Part shown: positions 37,299 through 38,018 of the stretch, piece after piece
How positions within the stretch are numbered: the first letter of the stretch is position 1
How the letters are laid out: each line of letters starts with the position of its first letter
Assembly (NCBI GenBank): GCA_029941645.1
Contig: JAPYSZ010000003.1
Location: forward strand, 1 to 38,018
Source of the DNA: Candidatus Poseidoniia archaeon
GTDB taxonomy: Archaea > Thermoplasmatota > Poseidoniia > MGIII > CG-Epi1
Length of the DNA stretch: 38,018 nt
Direction: 5' to 3'
Position numbers and translations under genes: made by a program
Notes under the pieces: generated by a model
Seen by the model: the letters and a program-made list of their open reading frames with translations, nothing else
What the model was told of the DNA's origin: nothing
Database searches by the model: none

Positions 37299-38018
37299 TC
37301 ATTTCTCCTACCTTGTTGAATAAAACATTAGCATCCATAGGCCCCGGGGCCGCTTCAGGATGGAATTGAACAGACCAGCAGTTCCTTCCACTTATTCCTT
37401 CGCAAGTGCCATCATTTAAATTAACGAATGTTTCTTTTACGTTCTTAGGCAATTTGTGCAATGCAAAGCCATGGTTCTGTGAAGTAATGTACACCTTCTC
37501 GGTTTTCACGTGTTTAACGGGCTGATTTCCGCCCCTGTGTCCATATTTCAGCTTGTATGTCTCACCACCAAGTGCAAGTCCTAGGATTTGATGTCCTAAA
37601 CATATGCCTATTGTTGGATATTCTTTTATTAGGGATTTTACAGTATCAACAACAGTTTTCATTTCAGGATGATCTGGATCTCCAGGTCCATTACTCATAA
37701 AAATCAAATCAGGTTTTGTTTTCCGTACTTGTTCTATACTATAATTCCAAGGCACTACTGTGACTTTATTCTTTTCAGCTAGATTAGTTACAATAGACTG
37801 TTTTACTCCCCAGTCTAAAAGAGTCACATTATGTCCTTTCTTTCCTTTCTTGTATATTTTTTTTGTTGATACTTTAGCTACTAAGTTTGAGTCTGAAGGC
37901 CATTCCATTTTTTTTGCCCTCTTAACACCTTCTTCAGGCGTCATTTTACCATCCGTGCTTATTACAGCCCTTAATGTTCCAGATTCTCTAGTTATGATTG
38001 TTAATTTTCTCGTATCAA
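37288..38018 (-). CDS. carA: Carbamoyl-phosphate synthase small subunit, 5' end truncated by the window edge
   Basis: SNGPGDP, GICLGHQ, GHRGGNQPV, ITSQNHGF, SVQFHPEAAPGP; the frame stays open upstream of 37944 (DTRKLTIITRESG...) to the window end. Confidence 0.97.
   Translation of the reverse strand, partial: DTRKLTIITRESGTLRAVISTDGKMTPEEGVKRAKKMEWPSDSNLVAKVSTKKIYKKGKKGHNVTLLDWGVKQSIVTNLAEKNKVTVVPWNYSIEQVRKTKPDLIFMSNGPGDPDHPEMKTVVDTVKSLIKEYPTIGICLGHQILGLALGGETYKLKYGHRGGNQPVKHVKTEKVYITSQNHGFALHKLPKNVKETFVNLNDGTCEGISGRNCWSVQFHPEAAPGPMDANVLFNKVGEMIDE

Noticed and set aside
1..38018. CRISPR arrays, IS elements, integrases, prophage or defence genes
   Set aside because: No regularly spaced repeats, terminal inverted repeats or such ORFs were seen by eye; nearly all sequence is accounted for by housekeeping genes.

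Overview
AT-rich (by eye mid-30s % GC), very compact archaeal chromosome segment. Archaeal markers include the thermosome, aIF2-gamma, S6e, aTrm56, Alba, Rpo10 and L18e. The style resembles marine Thermoplasmatota, most plausibly Marine Group III or low-GC MGII (taxonomy is inference). The window holds about 38 CDS, tRNA-Leu(TAG) and tRNA-Pro(GGG); no CRISPR array or mobile element was seen. The most striking element is a 'headless' (no NuoEFG/FpoF) complex I/Fpo-like operon at 20079-31783 with unusual decorations. NuoM carries a signal peptide plus a complete type-1 blue-copper (plastocyanin/halocyanin-like) domain at its N-terminus. The C-terminal half of a split NuoJ has a ~190-aa tandem FN3/Ig-like insert. 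NuoI has four CxxCxxCxxxCP motifs, and NuoD keeps two hydrogenase-relic cysteines. Converging on this operon is a two-gene quinone module: a PAS-domain-fused MenA/UbiA prenyltransferase and a probable long-chain polyprenyl synthase. Other notable points are bacterial-type panB, aceE and ROK fructokinase genes, a candidate structured 5' leader that sequesters the panB start codon, an aIF2-gamma lacking its zinc knuckle, a divergent Alba with a basic tail, and an uncalled 39-aa basic ORF. All family calls come from motif recognition by eye, not database searches.
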